From Acidimicrobiia bacterium (GTDB lineage: Bacteria; Actinomycetota; Acidimicrobiia; Acidimicrobiales; VFJN01): 64,000 nucleotides of DNA. The notes below the pieces were generated by a model, which had not been told where the DNA came from, made no database searches, and saw nothing but the letters and a program-made list of their open reading frames with translations. The stretch lies in the NCBI GenBank assembly GCA_047459075.1, contig VSCH01000013.1, positions 3,874-67,873 on the forward strand. Direction: 5' to 3'. A program made the position numbers and the translations under genes. Below are positions 28,165-37,360 of this stretch, one piece after another. Every line of letters starts with the position of its first letter. Position 1 is the stretch's first letter.

Positions 28165-29868
28165 TCAGAGCGGCGGCAGGCGCTGGTCCAGGTCGACCAG
28201 GCCGGCGAGCGGGTCGCCGGCCTCCGCCAACCGCGCCGGCGCCGTGCGGACCGTCCACCGGTCGGGCCGCAGGTCGGGGTCGTCGAGCTCGTCCCACTCG
28301 AGCGGCACCGCCACCGGACCGCCGGGCGCCGCGAGGACGCTCCACGGCGCGGGCGGCGGGCGGTCGGGGGCCGCGGGGCCGGCGTCGAGGCGGGCCCGGC
28401 CGCGCCGGTCGCGGCCACCCCCCGGCGACGCCACGAGCTCCGGGACGGTGGCGCCGACGGCCCGGGCCAGCCCCTCGGCCCAGGCCCGGGTCTCCTCCGT
28501 CGACGGCCCGCGGCCGACCGGCACCCGGACCTCGACGTGCCGGCCCCGCAGCGTGGGCCGGGCCTCGAGCCGGAGGTGGTCGAGCGCCGCGCGGAACAGG
28601 CGGGCGAGCACGAGGACGTCCTCGAACGAGGTCCGCTCGCCGGGGGCGATGTCGACGACCGCCCAGGTCGGCCGGCGGACGTCGTCGCGGCGCGCGAGCC
28701 ACGGGCGCAGCTCGACGGCGCCGGCGGCCGCCAGCCAGGCGACGGCCGGCGGGCTGTCGAGCACCGGGTACCACCGGGCCGTCCCCGGGCCGGCGCCCTC
28801 GTCGCGCCAGCGGTCGACCCAGTCGGGCGCGCCGCGGGGGAGGCCGGTCCGCCACGGGGCCGCCCGGCCGCCGGTGGGGTGGTGGCGCCGGGCGACCGGC
28901 CGGTCGACCAGGTGGGGCAGGATCGCCGGGGCGGCGGTGGCGTACCAGCGGACGAGGTCGCGCCGGGTCACCGGCTCCTCGCCGTCCCGGCCGGGGAGCA
29001 GCACGGCGTCGAGGTCCGCCAGCTCCAGGGCTCGGCCCTGCAGCTCCCAGCGGCCGCCCCGGCCCGGCAGGGCGTCCAGCGCCGCCAGCTCCTCCGCCGT
29101 GGGCGGCGACCACCGGGCGGCGCCCAGGCGCTCCTCGGCCTGGGCCGGCGGGCGGTCGCTGTGCCAGCGGGCCTCGGGAGCCGCCGCGACCTCGTCGTTG
29201 GTGCGGCCGGTCTTCACCGAGCGGGGGTGGTCCTCGGGGTCCCAGCCGGGCACGGCGTGCTCGTCGCCCTTGTGGAGCAGCAGCCACCGCTCGCGCCGCG
29301 ACCGGTCGCGGTCGGTGCGCACGAGCACGAAGCGACCCCGCAGCTTCTCGGCCTCGACGTCGAAGTGCAGCTCGCCGGCGGCGATGGCGGCGGCCGGGTC
29401 GTCGGTGCCCACGGGCGTCCACGTGCCGCGGTCCCAGACGATGACGTCGCCGCCGCCGTACTCGCCCGCCGGGATGACGCCCTCGAAGTCGGCGTACTCG
29501 ATCGGGTGGTCCTCGACGTGCACGGCCAGGGACCGCACGGTGGGGTCGAGCGTCGGCCCCTTGGGGACCGCCCAGCTGGCCAGGGTGCCGTCGACCTCGA
29601 GGCGCAGGTCGTAGTGGAGCCGCCGGGCCCGGTGGCGCTGGACGACGAACAGGCGGCCGCCCTCGCCGGCGCGCCGGCGCGCCGCGTCCGGGACGGGCGC
29701 GGCCTCGCGGCCGTCGCCCGGCGGCTCGGACGTGCGGTCGAACCGGCGCCTGGCCCGGTACTCCTCGAGGGCGGCGCCGTCCCGGCCCCCGGCGCCGTCG
29801 CCCCCGGTCCGGCGCCGGGCCGCGCGGGCGCCGCCTCGCCGGCGGGGCTCTCGGGCGGACCGGGGCAC
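28165..29868 (-). CDS. ligD: LigD 3'-phosphoesterase domain fused to degenerate polymerase domain
   Basis: LEEYRARRRFDRTSEP, FVVQRH.ARRLHYDLRLE, SWAVPKGP, EDHPIEY..FEG, WDRG; no ligase domain. Confidence 0.82.
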   Translation of the reverse strand: MPRSAREPRRRGGARAARRRTGGDGAGGRDGAALEEYRARRRFDRTSEPPGDGREAAPVPDAARRRAGEGGRLFVVQRHRARRLHYDLRLEVDGTLASWAVPKGPTLDPTVRSLAVHVEDHPIEYADFEGVIPAGEYGGGDVIVWDRGTWTPVGTDDPAAAIAAGELHFDVEAEKLRGRFVLVRTDRDRSRRERWLLLHKGDEHAVPGWDPEDHPRSVKTGRTNDEVAAAPEARWHSDRPPAQAEERLGAARWSPPTAEELAALDALPGRGGRWELQGRALELADLDAVLLPGRDGEEPVTRRDLVRWYATAAPAILPHLVDRPVARRHHPTGGRAAPWRTGLPRGAPDWVDRWRDEGAGPGTARWYPVLDSPPAVAWLAAAGAVELRPWLARRDDVRRPTWAVVDIAPGERTSFEDVLVLARLFRAALDHLRLEARPTLRGRHVEVRVPVGRGPSTEETRAWAEGLARAVGATVPELVASPGGGRDRRGRARLDAGPAAPDRPPPAPWSVLAAPGGPVAVPLEWDELDDPDLRPDRWTVRTAPARLAEAGDPLAGLVDLDQRLPPL

Positions 29869-29916
29869 GCCCCCTGCCTACCCGGGCCGGTCCGGGATCA
29901 CGCCCGCTCTGGCACG

Positions 29917-30291
29917 ATGGGCGCCGTGGAGGAGACGCGCGTCGACAAGTGGCTGTGGGCCGTGCGGCTGTACAAGACCCGGGGCCTGGCCACCGAGGCG
30001 TGCCGGGGCGGGCACGTGCGGGTCAACGGCGTGACGGCCAAGCCGGCGACGCCCGTGCGGGTCGGCGACCGGGTCCAGGCCCACGTCAACGGCCGGACCC
30101 GGGTGCTCGAGGTCGCCCGGGTCATCGACAAGCGCGTGGGCGCGCCGGTGGCCGCGACCTGCGTGATCGACCACACCCCGCCGGTGCCGGCGGCCGAGCG
30201 CGCCCCGGTCTTCGCCCGGGAGCGCGGCGCCGGCCGCCCCACGAAGCGGGAGCGTCGCCAGCTCGACCGGCTGCGCTGGCGCCGGCGCTGA
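29917..30291 (+). CDS. hslR: RNA-binding S4 domain protein (Hsp15)
   Basis: RVDKWLWAVRLYKTR..A..AC.GG.V.VNG, RGAGRPTKRERR. Confidence 0.88.
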   Translation: MGAVEETRVDKWLWAVRLYKTRGLATEACRGGHVRVNGVTAKPATPVRVGDRVQAHVNGRTRVLEVARVIDKRVGAPVAATCVIDHTPPVPAAERAPVFARERGAGRPTKRERRQLDRLRWRRR

Positions 30292-30520
30292 CCGGCCGGC
30301 AGGGCCGGTGCGTGGACCGGGGTCGCCCGCCCGACCCCGGCTCACCCACCCCTACGTCGGTGGTCCGCCTGGCCCCGTGGCCACCGGGGAGGGGATGCCC
30401 GCCCGAGCTGGTCTCCTCCCCGGCACCGACGTAGGGCTTGTTTGCACCCTGTAGATCGCGCCAGGGTCCCCGGGCGTTACAGACCGGCGGAAGATCTTCC
30501 GCGATCCTGACGCGCGGGGC

Positions 30521-31528
30521 TCAGGGGGCGGTGCCGCCGGCCGTCGTGCCCGTCCCGGGCGCGCCCGCCGGGCCGCTCATGGGCGTCACCGGCTCGACCT
30601 CGGTGGTCGTGGTGGTCGACGTGGGGGGCGTGGTGGTGGGCGGCGGCTCGGTGGTGGGGGTGGTGGTCGGCGTCGGGGCCTCGGTCGTGGCCGTCGGCGC
30701 GGGCTCGCCCGCGTCGGGCACGGTGGTCGTGGGCGTCCCGGCCGTGCCGGCGTCGGTCCCGGTGGTCGTCGTGGTGGTCGTCGCCGGGGCGGCCTCGCAC
30801 GGCGCCGCGGTCGGGCCGGTCGCGGGGTCGCAGGCCGTCGTCGTCGGGGTGCCGGCCGGCGTGCCCGACCGGGCCTCGGCCCCGGCGGTCGTCGTCGTCC
30901 GGCGGGCCGTCCGGTCGACGGTGGTCGTCGTGGGCTCGTCGGTGCGGATCTCCTCGATGGCGGGCACGACGACCTTGGCGACGATGCCGGTGGTGGCGGC
31001 CGCGGCGGCGACGCCCAGCCCGACGGCGGTGGCGGCCGCGGCCGCCTTGACCGCGAGGACCCGGCCCAGGGTCCGGGCGGCCGGGTGCGACGACGCCGCC
31101 AGTCGGGCGACGGCGCGCTCCGCGGCGGTGCGGGGGCGGAGGTGGCGGGGGCCGCGGTCCCGCAGGTCGACGACGTCCGCCACGGTGGTCGCCGCCGGGT
31201 CGGCGCCCGGCTCGGTGGCGGTGCGGGCCGGGGGCAGCGGGTCGAGGATCGTGGCGTCGGCCGGCTCGACCTCGTGGCCGGCGAGCGCGGTGCGGCGGAC
31301 GACGGACATGGCGCGCACGATCGCCGCCTCGTCGGCCAGCTCGTCGTCGGCCGGCGGCGCCTCGGCGGCGGCGACGAGCAGCGCCAGGTCCGCGGCCCAC
31401 GGCGGGTCGTCGGGGACCGGCTGGTGGCCCGCCAGCACCCGCTCGAGGACCTCCTCGTCCACGCCGTCGCCGTCGGGGACCGGGCCCTCGTCGTGGTCGG
31501 CGACGAGGCCGTCCTCCGGCCCGCTCAC
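30521..31528 (-). CDS. Hypothetical membrane protein with Thr/Pro-rich tail (candidate anti-sigma)
   Basis: GTGA overlap with sigma stop; acidic N-terminus, single hydrophobic helix, PTTT repeats. Confidence 0.65.
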   Translation of the reverse strand: MSGPEDGLVADHDEGPVPDGDGVDEEVLERVLAGHQPVPDDPPWAADLALLVAAAEAPPADDELADEAAIVRAMSVVRRTALAGHEVEPADATILDPLPPARTATEPGADPAATTVADVVDLRDRGPRHLRPRTAAERAVARLAASSHPAARTLGRVLAVKAAAAATAVGLGVAAAAATTGIVAKVVVPAIEEIRTDEPTTTTVDRTARRTTTTAGAEARSGTPAGTPTTTACDPATGPTAAPCEAAPATTTTTTTGTDAGTAGTPTTTVPDAGEPAPTATTEAPTPTTTPTTEPPPTTTPPTSTTTTTEVEPVTPMSGPAGAPGTGTTAGGTAP

Positions 31529-32118
31529 TCGGCCACCACCTCCGCCTCCGCGCTCCGCCGGGCGGCCAGGCGGCGCAGCGCCCGGTGGCACAGCACGCGC
31601 ACGTTGCCCGGGGTACGGCCCATGATGCGGGCCACCTCGGCCACGTCGAAGCCGCCGAGGACCCGCAGCAGGACGGCCTCGGCCTGGTCGGGCGGGAGCT
31701 CGCGCACCACCGCCTCGATCGCCTGCTGCGCCCCGACCCGCTCGACGACCAGCCACGCCGGGTCGCCGCCCAGGCCGCGCTCGACGGGGTGGTCGAGCCG
31801 CTCGTCGGGCACGGGGTCGGTGCGGCGGCGCTGCTGCCGGCGGCGGTGCTCGACGACCCGGTGCCGGGCGATGGTGAAGATCCAGCTGCGGAACCCGCCC
31901 TCGTCGCCCTGGAACCGGCCGAGGCCCCGGGCGACCGCCAGCCAGACGTCGGCGGCCAGGTCGTCCGCCATGTCGGGCTCCTGGGCCCGGAGGTAGCGGA
32001 GGATCCGGGGCTGGTAGGCCCGGTAGATCTGCGTGAGCGCGCCGTGCTCGCCCTGGCGGGCCAGGGCGAGCAGCGAGGTGAAACCGAGGTCGCGGGCTCC
32101 GTTCGTGGGGCGGCACAT
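31525..32118 (-). CDS. ECF RNA polymerase sigma factor
   Basis: DLAADVW, FRSWIFTIARHR (region 2), LPPDQAEAVLLR...EVARIMG...VRV..HRALRRL (region 4); start uncertain. Confidence 0.9.
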   Translation of the reverse strand: MCRPTNGARDLGFTSLLALARQGEHGALTQIYRAYQPRILRYLRAQEPDMADDLAADVWLAVARGLGRFQGDEGGFRSWIFTIARHRVVEHRRRQQRRRTDPVPDERLDHPVERGLGGDPAWLVVERVGAQQAIEAVVRELPPDQAEAVLLRVLGGFDVAEVARIMGRTPGNVRVLCHRALRRLAARRSAEAEVVAE

Positions 32119-32248
32119 TAGCCAGCGCGCCGACCGCGACCAGGGCGCGCCGCCGAGGGTGGCCAAGGCCACTCGCACCGTGGTGGTCCCCCACCGGCCC
32201 CCGGGGGGCTAGCCTGAGCCCCCACCGTCGGCGCCGAGGAGGAGCCCG

Positions 32249-32959
32249 ATGTCCGCCCTGCCCGTCGACCACCGACCCGTCGCCACGCTCGACGACGTCG
32301 CCCGCGGCGAGTTCCTCACCCGCGTCTACCAGCACCTGCTGGTGGCGGTCGGCGCCTTCGTGGCCTTCGAGGCGCTGCTCATCAACCTCGGCCTCGCCGA
32401 GGCGCTGTGGGACCTCATCGCCGGCAACGGCGCCGCCTGGCTGCTCGTCCTCGGCGGGTTCATGGTCGTCAACTGGCTGGCCACGACCGCGGCCCACGAC
32501 GTGCTGCAGCCGTCGCGCCAGTACGCGGGCCTCTTCGGGCTGGCGGCGGCCGAGGCGGTCATCTTCGCCCCCTTCCTCCACTACTTCTTCGAGGTGCGGG
32601 AGGACGGCACCTCCAGCGTCGTGGCCGCCGCGATCATCACGGCCATCGGCTTCGCCGGCCTGACCGCCGTCGCCCTCGTGACCCGGCGCGACCTGTCGTT
32701 CCTCCGGCCGATCCTGCTGTGGGCGGCCGTCTCGGCGCTGGTGCTCATCGTGGCCGCCGTGCTGTTCGGGCTCGACCTCGGGATCTGGTTCTCCGTGGGG
32801 ATGATCGCCCTGGCCGGCGGGTCGATCCTGTACGAGACGCAGACCATCCTGCGGCGCTACCCGGCGGCGGCGTACGTCGGCGCGGCGGTGCAGCTGTTCG
32901 CCTCCGTGATGCTGCTGTTCTGGTACGTGCTGCGCCTGGTCGGCCAGCTGCGCGACTGA
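32249..32959 (+). CDS. Bax inhibitor-1/YccA family membrane protein
   Basis: FLTRVYQHL, T..DLSFL, ILYETQ.I, 7 TM; GAGGAGG RBS. Confidence 0.85.
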   Translation: MSALPVDHRPVATLDDVARGEFLTRVYQHLLVAVGAFVAFEALLINLGLAEALWDLIAGNGAAWLLVLGGFMVVNWLATTAAHDVLQPSRQYAGLFGLAAAEAVIFAPFLHYFFEVREDGTSSVVAAAIITAIGFAGLTAVALVTRRDLSFLRPILLWAAVSALVLIVAAVLFGLDLGIWFSVGMIALAGGSILYETQTILRRYPAAAYVGAAVQLFASVMLLFWYVLRLVGQLRD

Positions 32960-32975
32960 CCGTCCGGGGGCCGGG

Positions 32976-33674
32976 TCAGCCCTCGTCCCCGACCAGCGGC
33001 GCGCCGTCGACCCGGTCGACCGTCGCCCAGTCGCGCACCGGCGCTCGGCGGAGGCGGCGGGGCTGGCGGACGGGGTGGCCGAGCGCGACGACCGCGGCCA
33101 GCGCCAGCTCGTCGGGCGCGCCGAGCAGGGCCTTGACCTCGGGCTCGCGCCGGATCGGCATGGTGGTCACCACGCCGCCCAGGCCCTCGGCCCGCGCCGC
33201 CAGCAGGATGCTCCAGACGAACGGGTAGACCGAGGCGCCGCCGGCGAGCGTGTAGCGATCGAGGTCCCGGTCGACGGCCGCCAGGGCGCCCAGGTCGACG
33301 AACACCGCCAGCAGGGCGGGCACCTCGTCGAGGTGCTCGGCGAACCCGCCACCGGAGGCCGCGGCCTGCTCGGCGAACCGGGGGGCCTCGGCGACGGCCC
33401 GGGCCTCGGCGTCCCGGTCGTTGAGCGGGCCCCACGGCGTGAGCCCGGCCGCGCCCATGGCCAGGTACTCGTACCAGCCGTCCAGGTAGAGGTCGCGCAG
33501 CCGGCGGCGGGTCCCGGGGTCGCGCACCACGACGACCCGCCAGCCCTGGCGGTTGCCGCCGCTGGGGGCGAACCGGGCGGTGTCGAGGATGCGGACCAGG
33601 GTCCGGTCGTCCACCGGCTCGTCGGTGAAGGCGCGCACGGCCCCGGTCGTCCGGAGGGTGTCGATCAGGTCCAT
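32976..33674 (-). CDS. Nitroreductase family protein
   Basis: T..AVRAF.DEPV, ARFAPSGGNRQGW, LLAARAEGLG. Confidence 0.9.
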   Translation of the reverse strand: MDLIDTLRTTGAVRAFTDEPVDDRTLVRILDTARFAPSGGNRQGWRVVVVRDPGTRRRLRDLYLDGWYEYLAMGAAGLTPWGPLNDRDAEARAVAEAPRFAEQAAASGGGFAEHLDEVPALLAVFVDLGALAAVDRDLDRYTLAGGASVYPFVWSILLAARAEGLGGVVTTMPIRREPEVKALLGAPDELALAAVVALGHPVRQPRRLRRAPVRDWATVDRVDGAPLVGDEG

Positions 33675-33791
33675 CGCCGCGGCACGCTAGGCGCGCCCGG
33701 GCGGCGTCGGGGGCGTGCGGCGAATTGCGGTGCGGTGCCGGGGTGGGCGTTGGTAGGTTGCGACCTACCAGAGAAGGGAGGTGGTCCAGAC

Positions 33792-33836
33792 ATGAGTGAC
33801 GGAAGTCAGGGGACCCTGGAGGTGGCTGGCCGCTGA
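33792..33836 (+). CDS. Putative 14-aa peptide MSDGSQGTLEVAGR
   Basis: AAGGGAGG SD at 33774-33781, 10 nt upstream of ATG. Confidence 0.4.
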   Translation: MSDGSQGTLEVAGR

Positions 33837-33948
33837 GCGGTTGGTCGGACCCCTTGGTGGAATCCAACCAGACCACCCCCTGAACGGTTGCCGGGAGCTC
33901 GTCCCACCCGGCGCGACGACCGAGCAGGGCCTGTCCGACGAGATCGGG

Positions 33949-33975
33949 GAGGGAGGCCTTCGGGCCTCCCTCTTC
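33949..33975 (+). terminator. Intrinsic terminator-like hairpin with cUUCGg tetraloop
   Basis: GAGGGAGGCC-TTCG-GGCCTCCCTC followed by TT. Confidence 0.8.
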
Positions 33976-34022
33976 ACGTCCCGGCGCACGGCAGCGCACC
34001 CGGCGGCTGCTAGAACCGCGGC

Positions 34023-34877
34023 ATGAGGCTGGCCAACCACGCAGGCCGCGCCGTCCTCGTCACCGGCGACGACCGCGCCGTCGACGTCGCCGAGGCGTCC
34101 GGCGGGCGCTTCGGGCCCGACCCGGCGGCCCTCTACGACGACTGGGACGCGTTCCGCGCCTGGGCGGCCGAGGCCCCGCTCGACCGTGCCCCGGCGCACC
34201 CGATCGACGAGGCCGCGCTCGGCCCGCCGTCGCCCCGGCCCCGCCAGGTGTTCGGCATCGGGCTCAACTACCGGGCCCACGCCGCCGAGACGGGCCAGGA
34301 GGTCCCCCGGATCCCGGCGACGTTCACCAAGTTCCCGAGCTGCCTCACCGGCCCGTACGCCACCGTCGAGCTGCCGAGCGGCCACGTCGACTGGGAGGTC
34401 GAGCTCGTGGTCGTCGTCGGCCGCCGGGCCCACCGGGTGCACGAGGGCGACGCCTGGGCGCACGTGGCCGGGCTCACCGTCGGCCAGGACCTGTCGGAGC
34501 GGGTCGTCCAGCGGGCCGCCGGCGGGCAGTTCTGCCTGGGCAAGTCGTACCCGGGCTTCGGCCCGACCGGCCCGTGGCTCGTCACCCCCGACGAGCTGGA
34601 CGATCCCGACGACCTCCACCTGCGGTGCAGCATCGACGGCGAGGTCGTCCAGGACGCCCGCACCAGCGACATGATCGTGCCGGTGCCCGGCCTGGTGCGG
34701 GTGCTGTCGGAGCACGTGACGCTGCTGCCCGGCGACGTCGTCTTCACCGGCACGCCCGCCGGCGTCGGCGTCGCCCGCGACCCCCGGCGCTACCTGGCAC
34801 CGGGCCAGGTCGTCGAGAGCACGATCGAGGGCATCGGCACCATGCGCACCCGCCTCGCGGCCCGGTCCGAGGGGTGA
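34023..34877 (+). CDS. Fumarylacetoacetate hydrolase family protein
   Basis: IGLNY..HA.E, FTK, DWEVEL, GQDLSER, GKS...FGP.GPW, GDVVFTGTPAGVG. Confidence 0.93.
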   Translation: MRLANHAGRAVLVTGDDRAVDVAEASGGRFGPDPAALYDDWDAFRAWAAEAPLDRAPAHPIDEAALGPPSPRPRQVFGIGLNYRAHAAETGQEVPRIPATFTKFPSCLTGPYATVELPSGHVDWEVELVVVVGRRAHRVHEGDAWAHVAGLTVGQDLSERVVQRAAGGQFCLGKSYPGFGPTGPWLVTPDELDDPDDLHLRCSIDGEVVQDARTSDMIVPVPGLVRVLSEHVTLLPGDVVFTGTPAGVGVARDPRRYLAPGQVVESTIEGIGTMRTRLAARSEG

Positions 34878-34887
34878 GGCCGGCGGG

Positions 34888-36075
34888 TCAGCGCTCGAAC
34901 TCGAACTCGACGTGGGCCGAGCGCAGCCCGTAGACGAACGCGTTCGGCATCTCGACGACCTCGGTGCCCGGGACCAGCCGCATCGAGCGCACCCGCCGCA
35001 CCAGCTCGGTGAAGAACAGCCGGATCTCCTGGCGGGCCAGCGCCGCCCCCAGGCAGAAGTGGGTGCCGAACCCGAAGGCGATGTGGTTGTTCGGCTGCCG
35101 GGTGACGTCGAAGCGCTCCGGGTCCTCGAAGTGGGCCGGGTCGCGGTTGGCCGAGCTGTACATCAGCACGAGCTGCTGGCCGGCCTCGATCGGCTGGCCG
35201 CCGACCTCGGTGTCCTCCGTCGCCACCCGGCACATGTTGTGGATCGGCGTGACCCAGCGGATGAACTCCTCGGTCGCGACCCCCATGTCGGCGCCCTGCT
35301 TGAGCAGGGCCCACTGGTCGGGGTGGTCGATGAGGGCGAGGATCGTGCGGGCGATGACCGTCCGGGTGGTCTCGGCGCCGCCGTCGAGCAGGAGCAGGCA
35401 GTCGGAGATGACGGCGTCGACCGACAGGGGCTCGCCGTCGATGCTGGCCCGCGTCCAGACCGTCATGATGTCGTCGGCCGGGCAGCGCCGCTTCTCCTCG
35501 TAGAGCTCCTGGGCCGCGGCGGCGAACTCCATCGCCGCCGCCACGCCGTCCTCGTTGATGTAGCGGGGACCGCCGCCCAGGGCGATGGTGCGCTCCGACC
35601 AGTCCTTCAGCTCGGGCCAGCGCTCGCGGGGGAAGCCCAGCAGCCAGGCGATCGTCATCGCCGGCAGCGGGGCGGCGAGCTCGCCCACGATCTCCGCCGT
35701 GCCGCCCTTGCGCTCCACGGCGTCGATCAGCTCCCGCACCGTCCGGCGCACGTGGTCCTCGCGGGCGGCGACGGCCCGGGGCGTGAACCGCCGCGACACG
35801 AGGCCCCGCCGGCGGTTGTGGAGCGGGTCGTCGAGGCCGATGATCGAGGGGTCGGCGGGGATGTTGGGCCGGTAGCCGCCCTTCTTCGTGTCCGAGTTGA
35901 TGAAGACGTCCTTGCGCCGCTCGACGTCGACGACGTCGTCGTAGCGCGAGACGCCCCACAGCTCGTTGGTGGCGTCCCAGTAGACCGGGGCGTTCTCCCG
36001 CATCCACGCGTACGTGGGGTACGGGTCGCCGACGTAGAAGTCGCCGTCCAGCAGGTCGATCTCGCGCGTCTGCAT
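34888..36075 (-). CDS. Cytochrome P450, CYP142-like
   Basis: WMRENAPV, LLLDGGAETTR I-helix, EFIRW, HIAFGFGTHFCLG heme motif. Confidence 0.92.
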   Translation of the reverse strand: MQTREIDLLDGDFYVGDPYPTYAWMRENAPVYWDATNELWGVSRYDDVVDVERRKDVFINSDTKKGGYRPNIPADPSIIGLDDPLHNRRRGLVSRRFTPRAVAAREDHVRRTVRELIDAVERKGGTAEIVGELAAPLPAMTIAWLLGFPRERWPELKDWSERTIALGGGPRYINEDGVAAAMEFAAAAQELYEEKRRCPADDIMTVWTRASIDGEPLSVDAVISDCLLLLDGGAETTRTVIARTILALIDHPDQWALLKQGADMGVATEEFIRWVTPIHNMCRVATEDTEVGGQPIEAGQQLVLMYSSANRDPAHFEDPERFDVTRQPNNHIAFGFGTHFCLGAALARQEIRLFFTELVRRVRSMRLVPGTEVVEMPNAFVYGLRSAHVEFEFER

Positions 36076-36109
36076 GGCCCCCCTCGTGCAGCGTCCGTGC
36101 CCCGCAGGT

Positions 36110-36124
36110 TAGAACAGGGTTCTC
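36110..36124. promoter_or_regulatory. KstR-like inverted repeat (3-nt spacer)
   Basis: TAGAAC-AGG-GTTCTC between divergent P450 and kinase genes. Confidence 0.45.
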
Positions 36125-36192
36125 GCGAGCGAGCGCGGGCGCGGCCGGCGTGGGTGGCGGGCCGCGGGGACCCCGGTCGAGGAGGGGAGACC

Positions 36193-37317
36193 ATGAGCGA
36201 CACGACGGTGCCGGCGACGGCCGGCGGGCCTCGGGGCGCCGGCCGCCCCGACCCCGAGGTCGTCGACGACCCGGCGCAGCTCACGCCGGCGTGGTTCGCG
36301 GCCGCGCTGGCCGGCGAGCCCGACCCGCCCGACGTCGTGGGCGCCACCACCGAGCCGGTCGGGACCGGCCAGATGGCCTCGACGGTGCGGGCCCGCCTCG
36401 CCCTGGCCGGCGGCGGCGAGCGGACGGTCGTCGTCAAGTTCGCCCGGCCGGGCGTCGACTCGCCCATGGCCGCCATGGCCTACGCCAAGGAGGTCGCCTT
36501 CTACCGCGAGCTCGCCGACCGGGTCGCGGCCCGGGTCCCCCGCTGCGCCTACGCGGCCGTCGAGGACGGCGCCCCCCGGTTCACGCTGGTGCTCGAGGAC
36601 ATGGCGGACGCCCGGCCCGGCGACCAGCTCGCCGGCTGCACCGCCGACCAGGCGGCCGACGCCCTCGTCAACCTGGCCGGGCTCCACGCGCCGACCTGGT
36701 GCGACGCCGAGCTCGCGACCCGGCCGTGGCTGCGCTCCGACCCGGCGGTCACCGCCGAGGTCATGGGGTCGGTCATCGGTGTCGCCGCCGACCAGTTCGC
36801 CGAGCGGTTCGCCGACGAGCTCGAGCCGCTCGAGGCCGACCTGCTCGCCGCCTGCCGCGAGCTGCTGGCCCGGTGGATGCTCGACACCGGCGACGTCGTC
36901 GCCGTCCTCCACGGCGACTACCGGCTGGACAACCTGCTGTTCCCGGCCGACGGCGGCCCCGGGGTGGCCGCGGTCGACTGGCAGACCGCCTCGATGGGGC
37001 CCCCGGGCCGCGACCTCGCCTTCTTCCTCGCCACCTGCCTGGAGGTCGAGGACCGCCGCCGGCACGAGGACGACCTCGTGGCCGCCTACCACGGGGCGCT
37101 CGTCGCCCAGGGCGTCGACGGCTACGACCTCGACGCCTGCCGGGAGGACTACCGGCTCGGGCTGCTGCACGCGCCGCTCATCGTGCTGCTGGGCCGGCTG
37201 ACCGCCGGGGTGACCGAGCGGGGCGACGCGATGTTCCGGGCCATGTGGCGCCGCAGCGCCGCCGCCATCGACGACCTGGGCGCGCTGGAGGCCGTCCGCC
37301 GCCGGCTCGACGGCTGA
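36193..37317 (+). CDS. Aminoglycoside phosphotransferase/EcKinase-like protein
   Basis: GTGQMA, VVKF, EV.FY, LVLED, HGDYRLDNLLF, VDWQ. Confidence 0.88.
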   Translation: MSDTTVPATAGGPRGAGRPDPEVVDDPAQLTPAWFAAALAGEPDPPDVVGATTEPVGTGQMASTVRARLALAGGGERTVVVKFARPGVDSPMAAMAYAKEVAFYRELADRVAARVPRCAYAAVEDGAPRFTLVLEDMADARPGDQLAGCTADQAADALVNLAGLHAPTWCDAELATRPWLRSDPAVTAEVMGSVIGVAADQFAERFADELEPLEADLLAACRELLARWMLDTGDVVAVLHGDYRLDNLLFPADGGPGVAAVDWQTASMGPPGRDLAFFLATCLEVEDRRRHEDDLVAAYHGALVAQGVDGYDLDACREDYRLGLLHAPLIVLLGRLTAGVTERGDAMFRAMWRRSAAAIDDLGALEAVRRRLDG

Positions 37318-37360
37318 GCGGGCCGGGCCCGCGGGCGTCCGGCCACCGCGGCCGAGCCCG

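Larger units (their letters stand above)
33752..33975 (+). ncRNA. Candidate structured small RNA / sORF-containing transcript
   Basis: Lower-GC intergenic segment with TAGGTT -10, several stems, strong SD, 14-codon ORF and strong terminal hairpin. Confidence 0.5.

Noticed and set aside
26413-30291. Very long ORFs of 800-1450 aa in the track (e.g. 26413-30291, 16946-20374, 42361-45849, 10853-13426)
   Set aside because: Shadow or antisense frames, or spurious N-terminal extensions caused by stop-codon scarcity at very high GC; Arg/Pro/Gly-rich with no motifs; at most the C-terminal parts are real genes
30590-30960. GTGGTC/GTCGTC-type short repeats as a CRISPR array or VNTR
   Set aside because: They are Thr codon runs of the T/P-rich protein tail; no repeat-spacer periodicity
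33752-33975. SRP RNA, tRNA, tmRNA or 6C RNA identity for the intergenic RNA
   Set aside because: No SRP GGAA-loop domain IV motif, no cloverleaf or TTCGA T-loop, no paired C-rich loops
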